A program made the translations under genes and the position numbers. Shown piece after piece: positions 1-10,709 of a stretch of DNA of 64,000 nucleotides; the first letter of the stretch is position 1; the number at the start of each line of letters is the position of its first letter. Below the pieces are notes generated by a model. That model was not told where the DNA came from. It worked only from the letters and a program-made list of their open reading frames with translations, and did no database searches. Location of the stretch: positions 608,001 to 672,000 of the forward strand of contig CAXXMD010000003.1 of assembly GCA_963675755.2 (NCBI GenBank), in the 5' to 3' direction. Source of the DNA: a bacterium. GTDB taxonomy: Bacteria; Zhuqueibacterota; Zhuqueibacteria; Residuimicrobiales; Krinioviventaceae.

Positions 1-919
1 TATCATTAGGAACAAAAGTTGTTCGAGCTGTCTGCCAGGGTGGTTCAAACCAGACCACACCAACCGGAATGTTCAAACTGTGTAGTCGTTTAACCGCTGC
101 CGGGAATTGTTCACCCTTTAATGTATTTATATCCGCACCCGGAATGTCAGGATCCCCCATTAACCAGAACCATGGCTGATATGCCCAGCGCGGTGGTTTA
201 ACAAGCTTACCAGTGTAATTAATATAACTCTTGACTACCGAGGCAATAGAGGTCCCCGCAAACAAGGTAAAATCCAGTTCACTTATCTGCGCACAATAAC
301 TCAATTTTGATTTTTCGGTTTGCCCCACATCAAAATGGACCGCGCCACCATAATTCAACAAAAACCCATAATGGCGGGTCGACACATAATACGGCATATA
401 AGCGCATTCATCAGGTGTTCCCGGCTTGTCCCAAATATCAAGTGATTTACCTCGCTGCGCTATACCGCCATTCCAGGTTTCGCCGAATCCGTAAATCTCT
501 TCCTGCGGATAAAGAACTGCGGCTCCCCTGACAGAATCCACGGTAACGCCTACCGGTTTTACCACAAAATGGAATGCCGATCCTTCCTTAAATTCAATAC
601 AGACATTAACGGGTGTATCATCACCTAGTGCTGCGTTCAGTAATACTGACTCGTTATTAGATTGTGTTACATCAATTATTTTTTGTAGATGTCGCCACTC
701 ACCTTGAATCTTAAAAGCAGGGGGAATTGCATCAAGGAAGAGGATTTCCCCTTCAAGGCTTGATATTTTTATACTCCAGTTCTGTTTATCAAGAGATAAA
801 AGCGCTTGAGGGGTATTAATTTGAATACTTTTTTCATTAATGCTGATCCGGGCAAACAGGTTAATATGGAAAAACAAGCATAATATAATCGTTGCGCTCA
901 GCCTAAATTTAGAGTTCAC
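1..919 (-). CDS. GH31 family glycoside hydrolase (alpha-glucosidase/xylosidase-like), 5' part, truncated by window edge
   Basis: Not in the ORF track; translated by hand. GTG at 919 follows an AAGGAG RBS and the frame stays open to base 1: MNSKFRLSATIILCLFFHINLFA...EEIYGFGETWNG..QRG...YMPYYVSTRHYGFLLN...KPPRWAYQPWFW...IPVGVVWFEPPWQ. These are typical GH31 N-domain and barrel-start motifs. Confidence 0.85.
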   Translation of the reverse strand, partial: MNSKFRLSATIILCLFFHINLFARISINEKSIQINTPQALLSLDKQNWSIKISSLEGEILFLDAIPPAFKIQGEWRHLQKIIDVTQSNNESVLLNAALGDDTPVNVCIEFKEGSAFHFVVKPVGVTVDSVRGAAVLYPQEEIYGFGETWNGGIAQRGKSLDIWDKPGTPDECAYMPYYVSTRHYGFLLNYGGAVHFDVGQTEKSKLSYCAQISELDFTLFAGTSIASVVKSYINYTGKLVKPPRWAYQPWFWLMGDPDIPGADINTLKGEQFPAAVKRLHSLNIPVGVVWFEPPWQTARTTFVPND

Positions 920-970
920 ATTGTCTCCTTTCTATATAAATCATACAACATTTAATGACAAATTTCAACT

Positions 971-999
971 AATTGCCCGGCCACAAGGGCCGGGCAATT
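971..999 (-). terminator. Stem-loop downstream of 1076..2173
   Basis: Perfect 12-bp inverted repeat AATTGCCCGGCC-acaag-GGCCGGGCAATT; weak U-tract. Confidence 0.65.
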
Positions 1000-1075
1000 T
1001 ATCAAGTAAAACATAAGGGGAGGAACCTTACTTGACACGGACATTTGCCATTAATTTACTACAAATCACATCAGC

Positions 1076-2173
1076 TTATTGCGACAATACAAGCTTTATG
1101 TTTTCTGCATACTCGCCAGCCTGTAATCTACAAAAGTATGTTCCGCTGGATAATCCTTTTGGCTGCCAAACAATTTCATGTTGACCTTTTGTTTGAAATC
1201 CATTTACCAGGGTATCAATTTTCTGTCCATTAATGTTATAGACATTTAGAGATACATAACCAGATTCATGTAAATCATATTGGATTCTGGTCGCAGGATT
1301 AAATGGATTGGGATAAGCCGGGTACAATTTATTGGTATTGGGAACCAGGTGGTCTTTCTCAACACTGGTTTCAACGATTTCGCAATTTTCAACACTGTAG
1401 CCATCATCCATATCATAAACCGCCATATCATCGATATAGCAGACTGCTTCATTACCACCCGCGTCAGAAAGGCTTGAATACATTCCCAATGCCCAGTAAA
1501 TGTCACAGGTGCCCTCTACAAAATTCTCAAATAGTGTCCGCTGATTGTACTGTTCATCGAGTAGGGTACCATTCTTGAAAACCCGATAGTACCCATCAGT
1601 TTCGGTCGTCCAGTACATCTCAAGTATGTAGGTTGTCCATTCGCCCCGATCATAGGAAGTGATTGTTTGGTGACAGTCAGGTTCTGCTCTAAAATCAAAA
1701 GAGACGGAGCTGGTACTCTTGGTAAGGGTTATTTGATTAAAAATTCCGTAACCAATATCGCAAATGCAAGGCCGGTACGTGTCATCCCCGTACTCACAGG
1801 GATAGGTTTTCCATTGGGAAACGAGCATCCAATTTACACCCACACCATCGAGAAAGTCGGATGGATAGTACACCTTCCAGGTGTAGATATAACTCTTTCC
1901 GACGGTATCTAATCGCCGTTCAGGTGAGGTTTGGTATTCAGATCGCGTGGACCCGAATGGACTACGAACTTTGAGAACTCTTGAAGACGTATTGCGCCCT
2001 GAAGGATCCGGATTTTCAACAACCGTCACCCCTCCTCCATTCCTTGTATCAACCAACTGTTGACCAATGTCAGGGATGATCATTCCAGACTCAAAAGTTG
2101 CTTGAAACTTGGGGGCGGAAAAGGCGCAAGTCACCAATAATAACATAATCGAGAAGAATACCTTTGATTTCAT
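1076..2173 (-). CDS. Secreted polysaccharide-lyase-like (Polysacc_lyase/heparin lyase I-like jelly-roll) protein with FlgD/T9SS-type CTD
   Basis: Signal peptide; RSE, YTWKVYYP, SQWK, GEWTTYILEMYWT..DGYYRVFKNG and WALGMY motifs; C-terminal YPNPFNP...SSGTYFCRL. Confidence 0.7.
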   Translation of the reverse strand: MKSKVFFSIMLLLVTCAFSAPKFQATFESGMIIPDIGQQLVDTRNGGGVTVVENPDPSGRNTSSRVLKVRSPFGSTRSEYQTSPERRLDTVGKSYIYTWKVYYPSDFLDGVGVNWMLVSQWKTYPCEYGDDTYRPCICDIGYGIFNQITLTKSTSSVSFDFRAEPDCHQTITSYDRGEWTTYILEMYWTTETDGYYRVFKNGTLLDEQYNQRTLFENFVEGTCDIYWALGMYSSLSDAGGNEAVCYIDDMAVYDMDDGYSVENCEIVETSVEKDHLVPNTNKLYPAYPNPFNPATRIQYDLHESGYVSLNVYNINGQKIDTLVNGFQTKGQHEIVWQPKGLSSGTYFCRLQAGEYAENIKLVLSQ

Positions 2174-2320
2174 TTTTTACTTCTCCCAAATTTTAGTTCT
2201 ATCCAATTTATTTCACTCATCATGATTAAACATTTAATTATCATATACTGTTTGTGTCTGAATATTTTGAATTCTAAACAACTATCTTGATTTTTTTTGT
2301 TCGTTTACATTTCCAACCTT

Positions 2321-3616
2321 TTACTCCACACCAAGCATTTTAAACAGCCATTTTTGTGATGCTTCCTCCTGCTCCGGAAACACCCAGTGTCCGGTATCCA
2401 ACGCTAACAGCAGTTCTTTGGGTGCGGTTATCACATTGTATGCTGAATACATGGATGTAGGCGGACATACGTTGTCATTATAGCCCCACGAATACCAGCC
2501 CGGCACCTTGAGCTGTTTAGCAAAATTTACTACATCGTAATATTTGCTGGTCTCTATCTTGTCTTCCTTGACATTAAAAACTTTATTATCTTCATTAAAC
2601 ATGTGTGGCCAACCTCCGGCCCTGCCATACAGATAACCGGTAAGGTCACACAAGGCAGGAACAAAGGCAGCAAGGCATTTAACGCGAGAGTCTAGTCCGG
2701 CAGTAACAATAGACAATGCACCTCCCTGGCTGCCGCCGAAAACAGCAAGATTTTCACCGTCAAACTCGGGCAGACTGTATATAAAATCGATTGCGCGTAC
2801 ACAACCCAAATATACTCTTTTGTAATAATAACGGTCCTTATCATCCAGATTATAGAACCAGTAATTGCCTAAAGCTGCGCTCCTTAAATTATAATACACA
2901 TCTCCTTCTATATTCACCGGTATACCGTGAATACCTATAGCAAAAGAGATCACGCCCTTTCCCGCCAGTTCAGGTTCACCTTGATGAGCCCCAACACCTG
3001 CACCAGGGACCTGCAATATCGCCGGCACCTTACCCTCTGTTTTAGGTACGCACAGAATGCCATACAATCGTGAATCCTTTTTTTCATTCTGTAGATTCAC
3101 ATGATACACATTCACCTTTGAGGTACAACGCTCCGGAATAAGGGTCACGATTGGATCCATCGGGATTTTGGCGGCTTTTTGTTTTTCCTGCTCCCAGAAC
3201 TCAACAAAATCCTTAGGTAATGTTGTAGTCGGGACAATATCGAGCGGGGCGAACCCTGCTGTTGCATAACTTTTGTATTCCCTGCCGTCTACAGTGGCTG
3301 TAGCCCAGCAGCGCAGGAATCCCGGTTCTTTCATCGTACCACCGTCAATGGTGATAGAGCCAGATTTCAACACTTCGGTTTTTGTTTTCAGCGTCTGCAT
3401 TTTTTCCGGCTTGATTTCCCATAACACCTCAACATTGGGTACACGATTCCCTGCACGAAGCACGGTAATAGTAAATTTCACCTTTTCACCCACCTCATAC
3501 TGCCAGTTATAATGATCAGGGGCAACAATCACCTTAACGAGCTCTTGCTGGGGCCGGGCACCCAAAAGTATAGATACAAACAGTAAAGATATTAAAACAA
3601 ATAACTTGAATTTCAT
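2321..3616 (-). CDS. Acetylxylan esterase, CE7 (cephalosporin-C deacetylase family)
   Basis: GGSQGG nucleophile motif, GYNDNVCPPTSMYSAYN (Asp), TGHW (His), YYYKRVYLGCVRA. Confidence 0.9.
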   Translation of the reverse strand: MKFKLFVLISLLFVSILLGARPQQELVKVIVAPDHYNWQYEVGEKVKFTITVLRAGNRVPNVEVLWEIKPEKMQTLKTKTEVLKSGSITIDGGTMKEPGFLRCWATATVDGREYKSYATAGFAPLDIVPTTTLPKDFVEFWEQEKQKAAKIPMDPIVTLIPERCTSKVNVYHVNLQNEKKDSRLYGILCVPKTEGKVPAILQVPGAGVGAHQGEPELAGKGVISFAIGIHGIPVNIEGDVYYNLRSAALGNYWFYNLDDKDRYYYKRVYLGCVRAIDFIYSLPEFDGENLAVFGGSQGGALSIVTAGLDSRVKCLAAFVPALCDLTGYLYGRAGGWPHMFNEDNKVFNVKEDKIETSKYYDVVNFAKQLKVPGWYSWGYNDNVCPPTSMYSAYNVITAPKELLLALDTGHWVFPEQEEASQKWLFKMLGVE

Positions 3617-3673
3617 CCCGCAATCTCCTTTTTCAGCAAGTCATTAAATTTGACTATTTTCTGATAATTATCT

Positions 3674-5122
3674 TTATTGTATTTCAACTCGTAAAACATA
3701 GCCATATTCTAAAAGACGCTTTGCCGGTAATTGAACAGCAAGTCCTTCTTCCGTCTGTATCCATTTTATCTTTGCATCACTGCCAAGCAGAGAGAGATTT
3801 TTTATTTCAGGAGCAAAATCCATTTGATTGGATAGGGATTTAATGGTCACGGTACCATCATCGGGCCATACCAGTGCCATAATATAAAGGTTATTGTCTT
3901 TTTGACTGAACCAGAAATCCTGTTCGGAAAAATCACTGCGAAAGCCATCTTTTTCGCGTTGTCTGGTACTTTTAATTTCAATTTTTGTAGGCCCTTCATG
4001 GGTCACATCCCATGAATGCGTTCCATAAATCGCTTCACCATTAATGGACATCCATTCACCAATTTTTTGCAATTGATCGATACTTTTCCGAGGTATCGTT
4101 CCATCACCTTTGGGACCAATGTTGAGCAAATAATTGCCGCCCTTGCTGGCAATTTCCATGATCCAATAAATCAATTCCCGGGTTGATTTCCAGTCCACAT
4201 CGTAGCTTTTATAGCCCCATGTGTTATTTAGTGTTCCGGGAGTTTCCCAAAAGACATCGTGAGTTTCTTCAGCATCCGGAATTTTATTATCACCGGTTAC
4301 CCAATAGTCACCAAAATCATTACCTACACGGCTGTTAATCAAACAATTGGGTTGAATGTCATAAGCCAGTTTATAAAATTCAAAACTTTGTTCAGGGTTC
4401 ATATGACGTGGTACATCATACCAAATTTCGACAAGGTTGGGGAGATTGTTAAGCAGTTCGGTCATTTGTGGTTTGGCCTTGATTTTGAGGTATTCCTCGT
4501 AAGATACAGGTGCGGGGTCCCACATATTTGCGGGCCAGTCTGCCCATTCGCTGGTATCCTCAGGGGTTTCCTGCATATATTTACTAACTCCCGCATCACC
4601 GCCATCCATCCAATCGGTGGAATGGGAATAATAAATACCAAAACGTAATCCCTCTTTTTCACAGGCATCTGAAAGCGCCTTGATTGGATCAATGTTAAAA
4701 GGAGTACTGTCAATAATATCATAATCCGTCACTTTTGAATCATACATTGCAAAGCCATCATGGTGTTTCGGCATGGCGACAATATAACGCATACCCGCAG
4801 CCTTTGCCAGTTTGACCCAAGCCTCAGCATCAAATTGGACCGGGTTGAACTGGCCACACAATTGTTTGTACTCTGCCCTGGGAATTTGTGCATGATAAAA
4901 TATCCATTCACCCAATCCCGGAATCTTCTCGCCCTTCCAAATACCGGCAGGCTGTGAGTAGACTCCCCAGTGGATAAACATACCAAACTTGAGTTCATTA
5001 AATTCGTTCAATGCGTCACTTTTAGTTTTGTGCATTTCGTTCCATTTTTGCTGCAATGAATCATTTGCAAAAAGGATACTGTTTAATAGTAATAGCAAAA
5101 GTAACAGATATTTTTTATTCAT
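3674..5122 (-). CDS. Alpha-L-fucosidase, GH29
   Basis: KFGMFIHWG, KHHDGF, IWYD nucleophile, WETPGTLNNTWGY, GGNYLLNIGP; start placed at ATG 5122 after AAAGGA. Confidence 0.92.
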   Translation of the reverse strand: MNKKYLLLLLLLLNSILFANDSLQQKWNEMHKTKSDALNEFNELKFGMFIHWGVYSQPAGIWKGEKIPGLGEWIFYHAQIPRAEYKQLCGQFNPVQFDAEAWVKLAKAAGMRYIVAMPKHHDGFAMYDSKVTDYDIIDSTPFNIDPIKALSDACEKEGLRFGIYYSHSTDWMDGGDAGVSKYMQETPEDTSEWADWPANMWDPAPVSYEEYLKIKAKPQMTELLNNLPNLVEIWYDVPRHMNPEQSFEFYKLAYDIQPNCLINSRVGNDFGDYWVTGDNKIPDAEETHDVFWETPGTLNNTWGYKSYDVDWKSTRELIYWIMEIASKGGNYLLNIGPKGDGTIPRKSIDQLQKIGEWMSINGEAIYGTHSWDVTHEGPTKIEIKSTRQREKDGFRSDFSEQDFWFSQKDNNLYIMALVWPDDGTVTIKSLSNQMDFAPEIKNLSLLGSDAKIKWIQTEEGLAVQLPAKRLLEYGYVLRVEIQ

Positions 5123-5183
5123 TTTAATTAATCCTTTTAAAGACAAATTTCTCTCTTGAATTTAAATACATAAGGACAACTGC

Positions 5184-6650
5184 CTAGCCAAACTGATAAT
5201 TGTTTTGCATTCTAAATGGATAACCGTATGTCACAATATCTAACGGTTTTGTCTTTTTCCAATCACCTCTGGAAAAGTCAGGAAATTGCTGTGGAGCCCC
5301 GTTTTGGGCCACAGATACTTCACTTAATGGTGCTACAGCACTCCAAAAGCAGCCTTCGTATACATTCTGATCCAGAGGTTCACCTTTTCGCAGACATTCA
5401 ATGATCCGGTAACGCATAATAAAATCCATGCCACCATGGCCGCCCATTTTTTCAGCAAGTCTACCCAAACGTTTATAAAGCGGATGATCATATTTTTCAT
5501 AAACGGCATCCAGTTGTTCGCCTTGTACCCAATCATGATGAGAGTCAGTTGCTCCTGCAATACCGCCTTCTAAAGCAATTCGGGTGGGAAATCCGGCCAA
5601 TGTGCCTTTTGTACCCTGAATTAAATTGTGACGCGAATAGGGACGGGGGCTGGTTTCATCCCATTGCACCATGATTGTGCGCCCTAATACTGATTTGATG
5701 ATTGATGTATTAATATCTCCACCGGTAAAATCCAATTTATTCCATTGGTGGTCTTTATCAAAATGCTCAGCAGCATAACGTTTTCGTCCTTTTGCAGGAG
5801 ATGAATATGAAACAAGACTTTTGAAATTATCTTCACTTCGGGCCAGGTTCATGTATTGTGCCACCGGGCCTAATCCATGTGTTGGATAGAGATTCCCATT
5901 ACGTTTTGCATATTGAAAGGTTCGCCACGATCCGGTGCCACGATCCACTTGATCCATCTGGGTGCGTAATTCATGAATATAAGCCGCTTCGCCATGCAGC
6001 AATTCACCAATAACCCCTTGCCGGCACATGTTTAGAAACAAGAGTTCATCCCGGCCATAATTTACATTTTCCATCATCATACAGTGTTGCTGTGTCTTTT
6101 CTGACGTATTGACAATATTCCACATTTCATCAAGTGTTGTTGCTATAGGCACTTCAACAAAGGCGTGAGCACCCTGCTGCATTGCTTCAATCGCCATAGG
6201 CGCATGTAATTGCCAGGGAGTGGCGATAAAAACAGCATCCGGCTTTACCTCTTGAAGCATTTTCTTCCACAAATGCTCACCACCGTGATAAAGAGCAATA
6301 TTATTGTGTCGCTCACCTTTGCCTTTTTCCTTACATTGCGCTGCGATTTTTGTTGCAAGGTCCTCATACAAATCGCTGATAGCAACGATCTCTGTTCCCT
6401 CAATTTCGGCAATCTGTATTGCGTGCTCATGTCCGCGGTCGCCAACACCGATAAATGCGCATCGTACTGTGTCTAATTTTGGCGCAGCAAAATCGCCCAT
6501 ATAATGCGCTCCTGCAAGACGGTTGGGGACAATGCTCGTTTCAGAGGATGTATAAACCCTGACATTTCCCCCCTTACCTGCGCAACCACTCAAAATTCCA
6601 ATTCCAGCTCCCCCGAATATTTTTATAAACTGACGACGTGAACTATTCAT
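5184..6650 (-). CDS. NAD+-dependent alpha-N-acetylgalactosaminidase, GH109 (Tat-exported, probable lipoprotein)
   Basis: SRRQFIK Tat motif with LSGC lipobox; GVGDRG Rossmann motif, EVP, MMMENVNY, YPTHGLGP, PRPYSR, GGHGGMD. Confidence 0.9.
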   Translation of the reverse strand: MNSSRRQFIKIFGGAGIGILSGCAGKGGNVRVYTSSETSIVPNRLAGAHYMGDFAAPKLDTVRCAFIGVGDRGHEHAIQIAEIEGTEIVAISDLYEDLATKIAAQCKEKGKGERHNNIALYHGGEHLWKKMLQEVKPDAVFIATPWQLHAPMAIEAMQQGAHAFVEVPIATTLDEMWNIVNTSEKTQQHCMMMENVNYGRDELLFLNMCRQGVIGELLHGEAAYIHELRTQMDQVDRGTGSWRTFQYAKRNGNLYPTHGLGPVAQYMNLARSEDNFKSLVSYSSPAKGRKRYAAEHFDKDHQWNKLDFTGGDINTSIIKSVLGRTIMVQWDETSPRPYSRHNLIQGTKGTLAGFPTRIALEGGIAGATDSHHDWVQGEQLDAVYEKYDHPLYKRLGRLAEKMGGHGGMDFIMRYRIIECLRKGEPLDQNVYEGCFWSAVAPLSEVSVAQNGAPQQFPDFSRGDWKKTKPLDIVTYGYPFRMQNNYQFG

Positions 6651-6713
6651 TATATCTCCATGCACAATATTTTTTTAAAAGCATTCGTTGTTTTTATCAA
6701 TCCTTAATTAGGT

Positions 6714-6758
6714 AAAAAACGACAGGTTATCTATAGCCAGAGAAACCTGCCATTCTGT
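6714..6758 (-). terminator. Intrinsic terminator after 6804..8090
   Basis: Minus strand GGCAGGTTTCT-loop-AGATAACCTGTC followed by GTTTTTT. Confidence 0.7.
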
Positions 6759-6803
6759 TTATTTGGAGGAGATTTCTTAAATTTTATTTCGAGTTAAATA
6801 ATA

Positions 6804-8090
6804 TTATTTTATTAAAACCATTTTTTTCATTTGTACTTTAGAGTCAACTGCCAGGGTGTAAAAATAAACACCGCCAGCTACCGCTTCACCGTAATCATTC
6901 GTTCCGTCCCATATTACACTATGCTGGCCGGAAGACATGGATTGGTCCACCAGTGTGGTTATTTTTTGGCCCATGCTGTTGAAAATAGTCAGAGTAGCGG
7001 TTCCGGCTTGTGCCAGAGAGTACGTGATCTTTGTTGACGGATTTAACGGGTTTGGATAATTCCCATGCAGTACAAAGTCATTCGGTATATTACTAGCTTG
7101 CTGTTCCTCTTTTGAACCAACAGCAGTTGTTTCAGGAGCTCTGGGCTTTACAGCATCAAAACCTTCCGCACCCAGATTGTTACCATATTTCCAACGCACG
7201 GGGCCGACATACTTTTCCATAATTCGATCTTCTTCAAGAATATCCTCGGGCATGTAATCTCCCGAATCCCAGCGATAAACACCCCACCGCAAATGGGGAC
7301 ACGCATCTGTATCAAACATGTTAGGACTATTGAGTACCTGAGCCGTCGGGGTATCATTATAAGAATAACTATCCGGATCTCCCGCTTCATACATCCATAC
7401 CTTGATGTAGCCAGTCGAGTCCTTGGCAAACTTGATCTCCACAATCCAGTCATACCATGTATCTTCTTCAAGGGTACCGACAAGTGTTCTATAATCCCCA
7501 CCATGTACATATAACATCAATATTCGATTATTCCTCAGTGTAATCTCTGTGGCAGGCGACCCAGATCCGCAATTGCATCTGAATTGTAATACAGTCGATG
7601 GGTGGGACTCGTCAAAATCCGTCCACTTTTCAGACCATCCCATCCACACAGTATTGCCCTCCCTAGCCCTTCCCTCCTCACGCCAGGTTTCATTACAATG
7701 TATTTCAGCCCGTTCAACACTAGAGTTTTGATTACATGTGGCATAAATATTGGCATCTGTATACATTCTCGCTGAATTTGTTCCTGGGAAACGGGTCTCA
7801 GCGGTTGTGCCTAGTTCGATTATTGAATTACCGGAATTAGAAATCCAATAGGTATCCGTACTGTTCTCGAGATCCGTGCCATCCTCATCCTCATCACCAC
7901 AGTTAATTCCGCGGTCCCAATATAATTCACCACCATCGCTGTATCTGCTGTTTGTCCAGTTGCAAATGATATCGGCTGTCTCTTCGCACAGACAATCACC
8001 ATACCAGGTGAATTGCATAAATAGCGTCAGACATACAAGCGAAAGACGGATACCAGGTCTTTTTATTTTATTGAATATTTTCATGATCAT
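6804..8090 (-). CDS. Secreted polysaccharide-lyase-like protein with FlgD/T9SS-type CTD
   Basis: ERAEI, VWMGWS, VLQF, WYDWIVEIKF..GYIKVW and LRWGVYRW resemble PF14099-type lyases; CTD NYPNPLNP...GGVYFY. Confidence 0.65.
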   Translation of the reverse strand: MIMKIFNKIKRPGIRLSLVCLTLFMQFTWYGDCLCEETADIICNWTNSRYSDGGELYWDRGINCGDEDEDGTDLENSTDTYWISNSGNSIIELGTTAETRFPGTNSARMYTDANIYATCNQNSSVERAEIHCNETWREEGRAREGNTVWMGWSEKWTDFDESHPSTVLQFRCNCGSGSPATEITLRNNRILMLYVHGGDYRTLVGTLEEDTWYDWIVEIKFAKDSTGYIKVWMYEAGDPDSYSYNDTPTAQVLNSPNMFDTDACPHLRWGVYRWDSGDYMPEDILEEDRIMEKYVGPVRWKYGNNLGAEGFDAVKPRAPETTAVGSKEEQQASNIPNDFVLHGNYPNPLNPSTKITYSLAQAGTATLTIFNSMGQKITTLVDQSMSSGQHSVIWDGTNDYGEAVAGGVYFYTLAVDSKVQMKKMVLIK

Positions 8091-8211
8091 TATCCTTTCG
8101 CAAAATAGTGTGGGTAAAATAAAACATGCACAAAACAGTTATTTCCAGCCGGGTAATTTGACAATGGTATTGTATACAAGTCTTTTAATTTAAAATAATT
8201 TTCAATCTTTT

Positions 8212-10527
8212 TTATTTTTGCAAAAATTTGAAACGACTTTCTAGATCTCCCACCATCAATGTGAAAAATCCATTTTCAATCATTGATTCTCCCTCTTCAT
8301 CGGGATAGGACAAATGCTGTATGGGATCGATAGTAAATTTGAATTGTTTTGTTTCACCCGGCGCCAGCTCTCCTTTTTCAAAGTGGTGCAATTCTTTCAT
8401 CGGACGGGTGATACGTCCCTTCTCGTCATTAATAAACCACAAAACACTTTCTTTTCCTTTTCTTTTTCCAGTATTGGTCACCTCAATAGTTGCATAAAGC
8501 TTTTGATTTTGGTTTGTTATCAAAGTATCGGATAATTGCAGGTTGCTATATTGAAACGTTGTATAACTAAGGCCATCACCAAAATGTGCCAGGGAAGTCT
8601 TTTTATTGATTTCTTTCATGATGGATTCAGTAATTTTTTTACGATTGTAATTCATCACTGTGGAGGGACCAATTGGATATTCGAATGGCAGTTTACCGCT
8701 CGGATTATATGCACCAGCTATCAGCTCAGCAATGGCAGTACCTCCCTGGTATCCGGGCAGTCCCGCCCAGATAAAACCTGCTACGTTTTCATAAACACGT
8801 GTCACAATTCTCGGTCTTCCAGCTACCAGCACTAGAATGACTGGTTTTTCCATGTTAATCGCTGCTTCAATTTCATCTATCTGTTTTTCAGGTAGATTCA
8901 TATCATTGATAGAGCCATGATATTCGGCGTAAGGTCTTTCACCTGCAACATAGATAATTGCGTCCGCACCTATAGCCTTTTCCTGAATTTCTTTTTCATC
9001 CCGGGCAAGAACAATGGTACTGTTTTTAAACTGTTCTTGTATGCTCTGAAAAATGCTCGGGACTTTATCAGGAATGTGTTCGTCACGAACATCACTCCAC
9101 ATAACTGTCCAACCTCCAGCAATAGCGCTTCTGCTGTCCGCATTCGGCCCGGCAACTACAATCTTTTCAACTTTATCCGGATTTAGCGGTAAAACATTCT
9201 GATTATTTTTAACTAAAACCAGTGATTCTCTTGCTGCATTGAGTGCTTTCTCTTTGGAATTTTTTCGCCCGATCCTGTCATTATAATTGGGTTGAATGGA
9301 AAAATTCTCGTCAAAAAGACCCAAGTCATATTTTAACCGCAGAATTCGCTTAACCGACATGTCGATACGTTCAACCGGAATCCGGTTTTCACGCACCAGT
9401 TCACAGGTATATTGAGCAAAACGATAATCCTCTGCTGTGAGAATACAATCAAGCCCTGCCATCAATCCTAAATAGGTGGCTTCTTTTTCATCTTCAGCAA
9501 CCCCGTGATCATTGATCAATTTTTGAATATCAGCCCAGTCACTGTTCAAAACGCCTTTAAAGCCCATCTGATCTCGCAAGAGTTCTGTCAAATATTCATA
9601 GGATGCATGAACCGGAACACCGTTCACTTCACCGCTATTAGCCTCAATAATTTTTACGCCTGCATCGATACAAGCCTGAAAAGAGGGAACAAAATATTCA
9701 TAAATTTGTTGCTTGGGAATGAGAACAGGATTTCGATCCCAACCACTTTTAGGATCGGAATATCCAATAAAATGTTTAGCACAAGCTGATACTTTATAAG
9801 GCAGGGCATCTTTATTGTTTTGAACACCTTTGACGATGGACTTGCCCATTTCAGAACAAACCAAAAAGGATTCCCCAAAGGTTTCATAAAAGCGCGGCCA
9901 GTGAGGATTTCGGCCCAAATCAACTACCGGGACATATACAAAACTGTGATGCAAATGAGCGGTTTCAAGAGCAGTTACATATCCACTGTTAAATGCATGG
10001 GTAGTATCAAATGTGGCCGCAAGGTTAATATTATGCGGAAAAATGGTCCCGTCAGTAAGAAAGGACGGTCCATGTTGATGACAAATCGCATGAATGAAGG
10101 GAATTTTGAGTCTTGAATTCTCCAGGTAAAGTTTTTCGATACGAGGCTTGAAATCGCTCCAGTCCATGGAAGACAGTCCCAAATCTGCAAGAACAAATCC
10201 AAAGCCATATTTTTGGGCAAATTCAACAACTCTTTCTGTGTTAAAATTTTCATTAAAATCAACAGTATCAGATGGAGACTTGGCAGCAATAAAGATATGA
10301 AGCATCTGTCCTGCTTTTTCTTCAAGCGTCATTAGGGATAACAAGCTGTCAATTTTTTGTTCAACTTGGGCATTGTTCGAAACTTCAGCTTCCATTCTTT
10401 CAAGATAGGCTTCCGGTGTAAACCGGTTTTGCTCTGAATAACCGGAAGGGACTATGATAAATGCAAATAAAATCAGACTGACAACGAAAAGGATTGCCGT
10501 TCTACTTTTGTTGATATTTTGATTCAT
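8212..10527 (-). CDS. GH3 beta-glycosidase (BglX-like)
   Basis: MTLEEKAGQM, PHWPRFYETFGES, CAKHF, SDW nucleophile, PSGKLP, FGDGLSYTTF, Fn3-like C-terminus; start placed at ATG 10527 after GAGGA. Confidence 0.92.
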   Translation of the reverse strand: MNQNINKSRTAILFVVSLILFAFIIVPSGYSEQNRFTPEAYLERMEAEVSNNAQVEQKIDSLLSLMTLEEKAGQMLHIFIAAKSPSDTVDFNENFNTERVVEFAQKYGFGFVLADLGLSSMDWSDFKPRIEKLYLENSRLKIPFIHAICHQHGPSFLTDGTIFPHNINLAATFDTTHAFNSGYVTALETAHLHHSFVYVPVVDLGRNPHWPRFYETFGESFLVCSEMGKSIVKGVQNNKDALPYKVSACAKHFIGYSDPKSGWDRNPVLIPKQQIYEYFVPSFQACIDAGVKIIEANSGEVNGVPVHASYEYLTELLRDQMGFKGVLNSDWADIQKLINDHGVAEDEKEATYLGLMAGLDCILTAEDYRFAQYTCELVRENRIPVERIDMSVKRILRLKYDLGLFDENFSIQPNYNDRIGRKNSKEKALNAARESLVLVKNNQNVLPLNPDKVEKIVVAGPNADSRSAIAGGWTVMWSDVRDEHIPDKVPSIFQSIQEQFKNSTIVLARDEKEIQEKAIGADAIIYVAGERPYAEYHGSINDMNLPEKQIDEIEAAINMEKPVILVLVAGRPRIVTRVYENVAGFIWAGLPGYQGGTAIAELIAGAYNPSGKLPFEYPIGPSTVMNYNRKKITESIMKEINKKTSLAHFGDGLSYTTFQYSNLQLSDTLITNQNQKLYATIEVTNTGKRKGKESVLWFINDEKGRITRPMKELHHFEKGELAPGETKQFKFTIDPIQHLSYPDEEGESMIENGFFTLMVGDLESRFKFLQK

Positions 10528-10709
10528 GATGGATTTCCTCAAAAAAAATCTTAACTGTTGCACTTTACTTGAGCCTGGATTTTGTAAACCGCCTGTTATT
10601 CAAATCAATAAATTGGTGTTTAAAAAATAATGTAAATCCACTCAACATTAATACAACAAAACAACTATATCTTTTGTAGACCAGATAACCTGTTATAAAT
10701 CCAGTTTTC

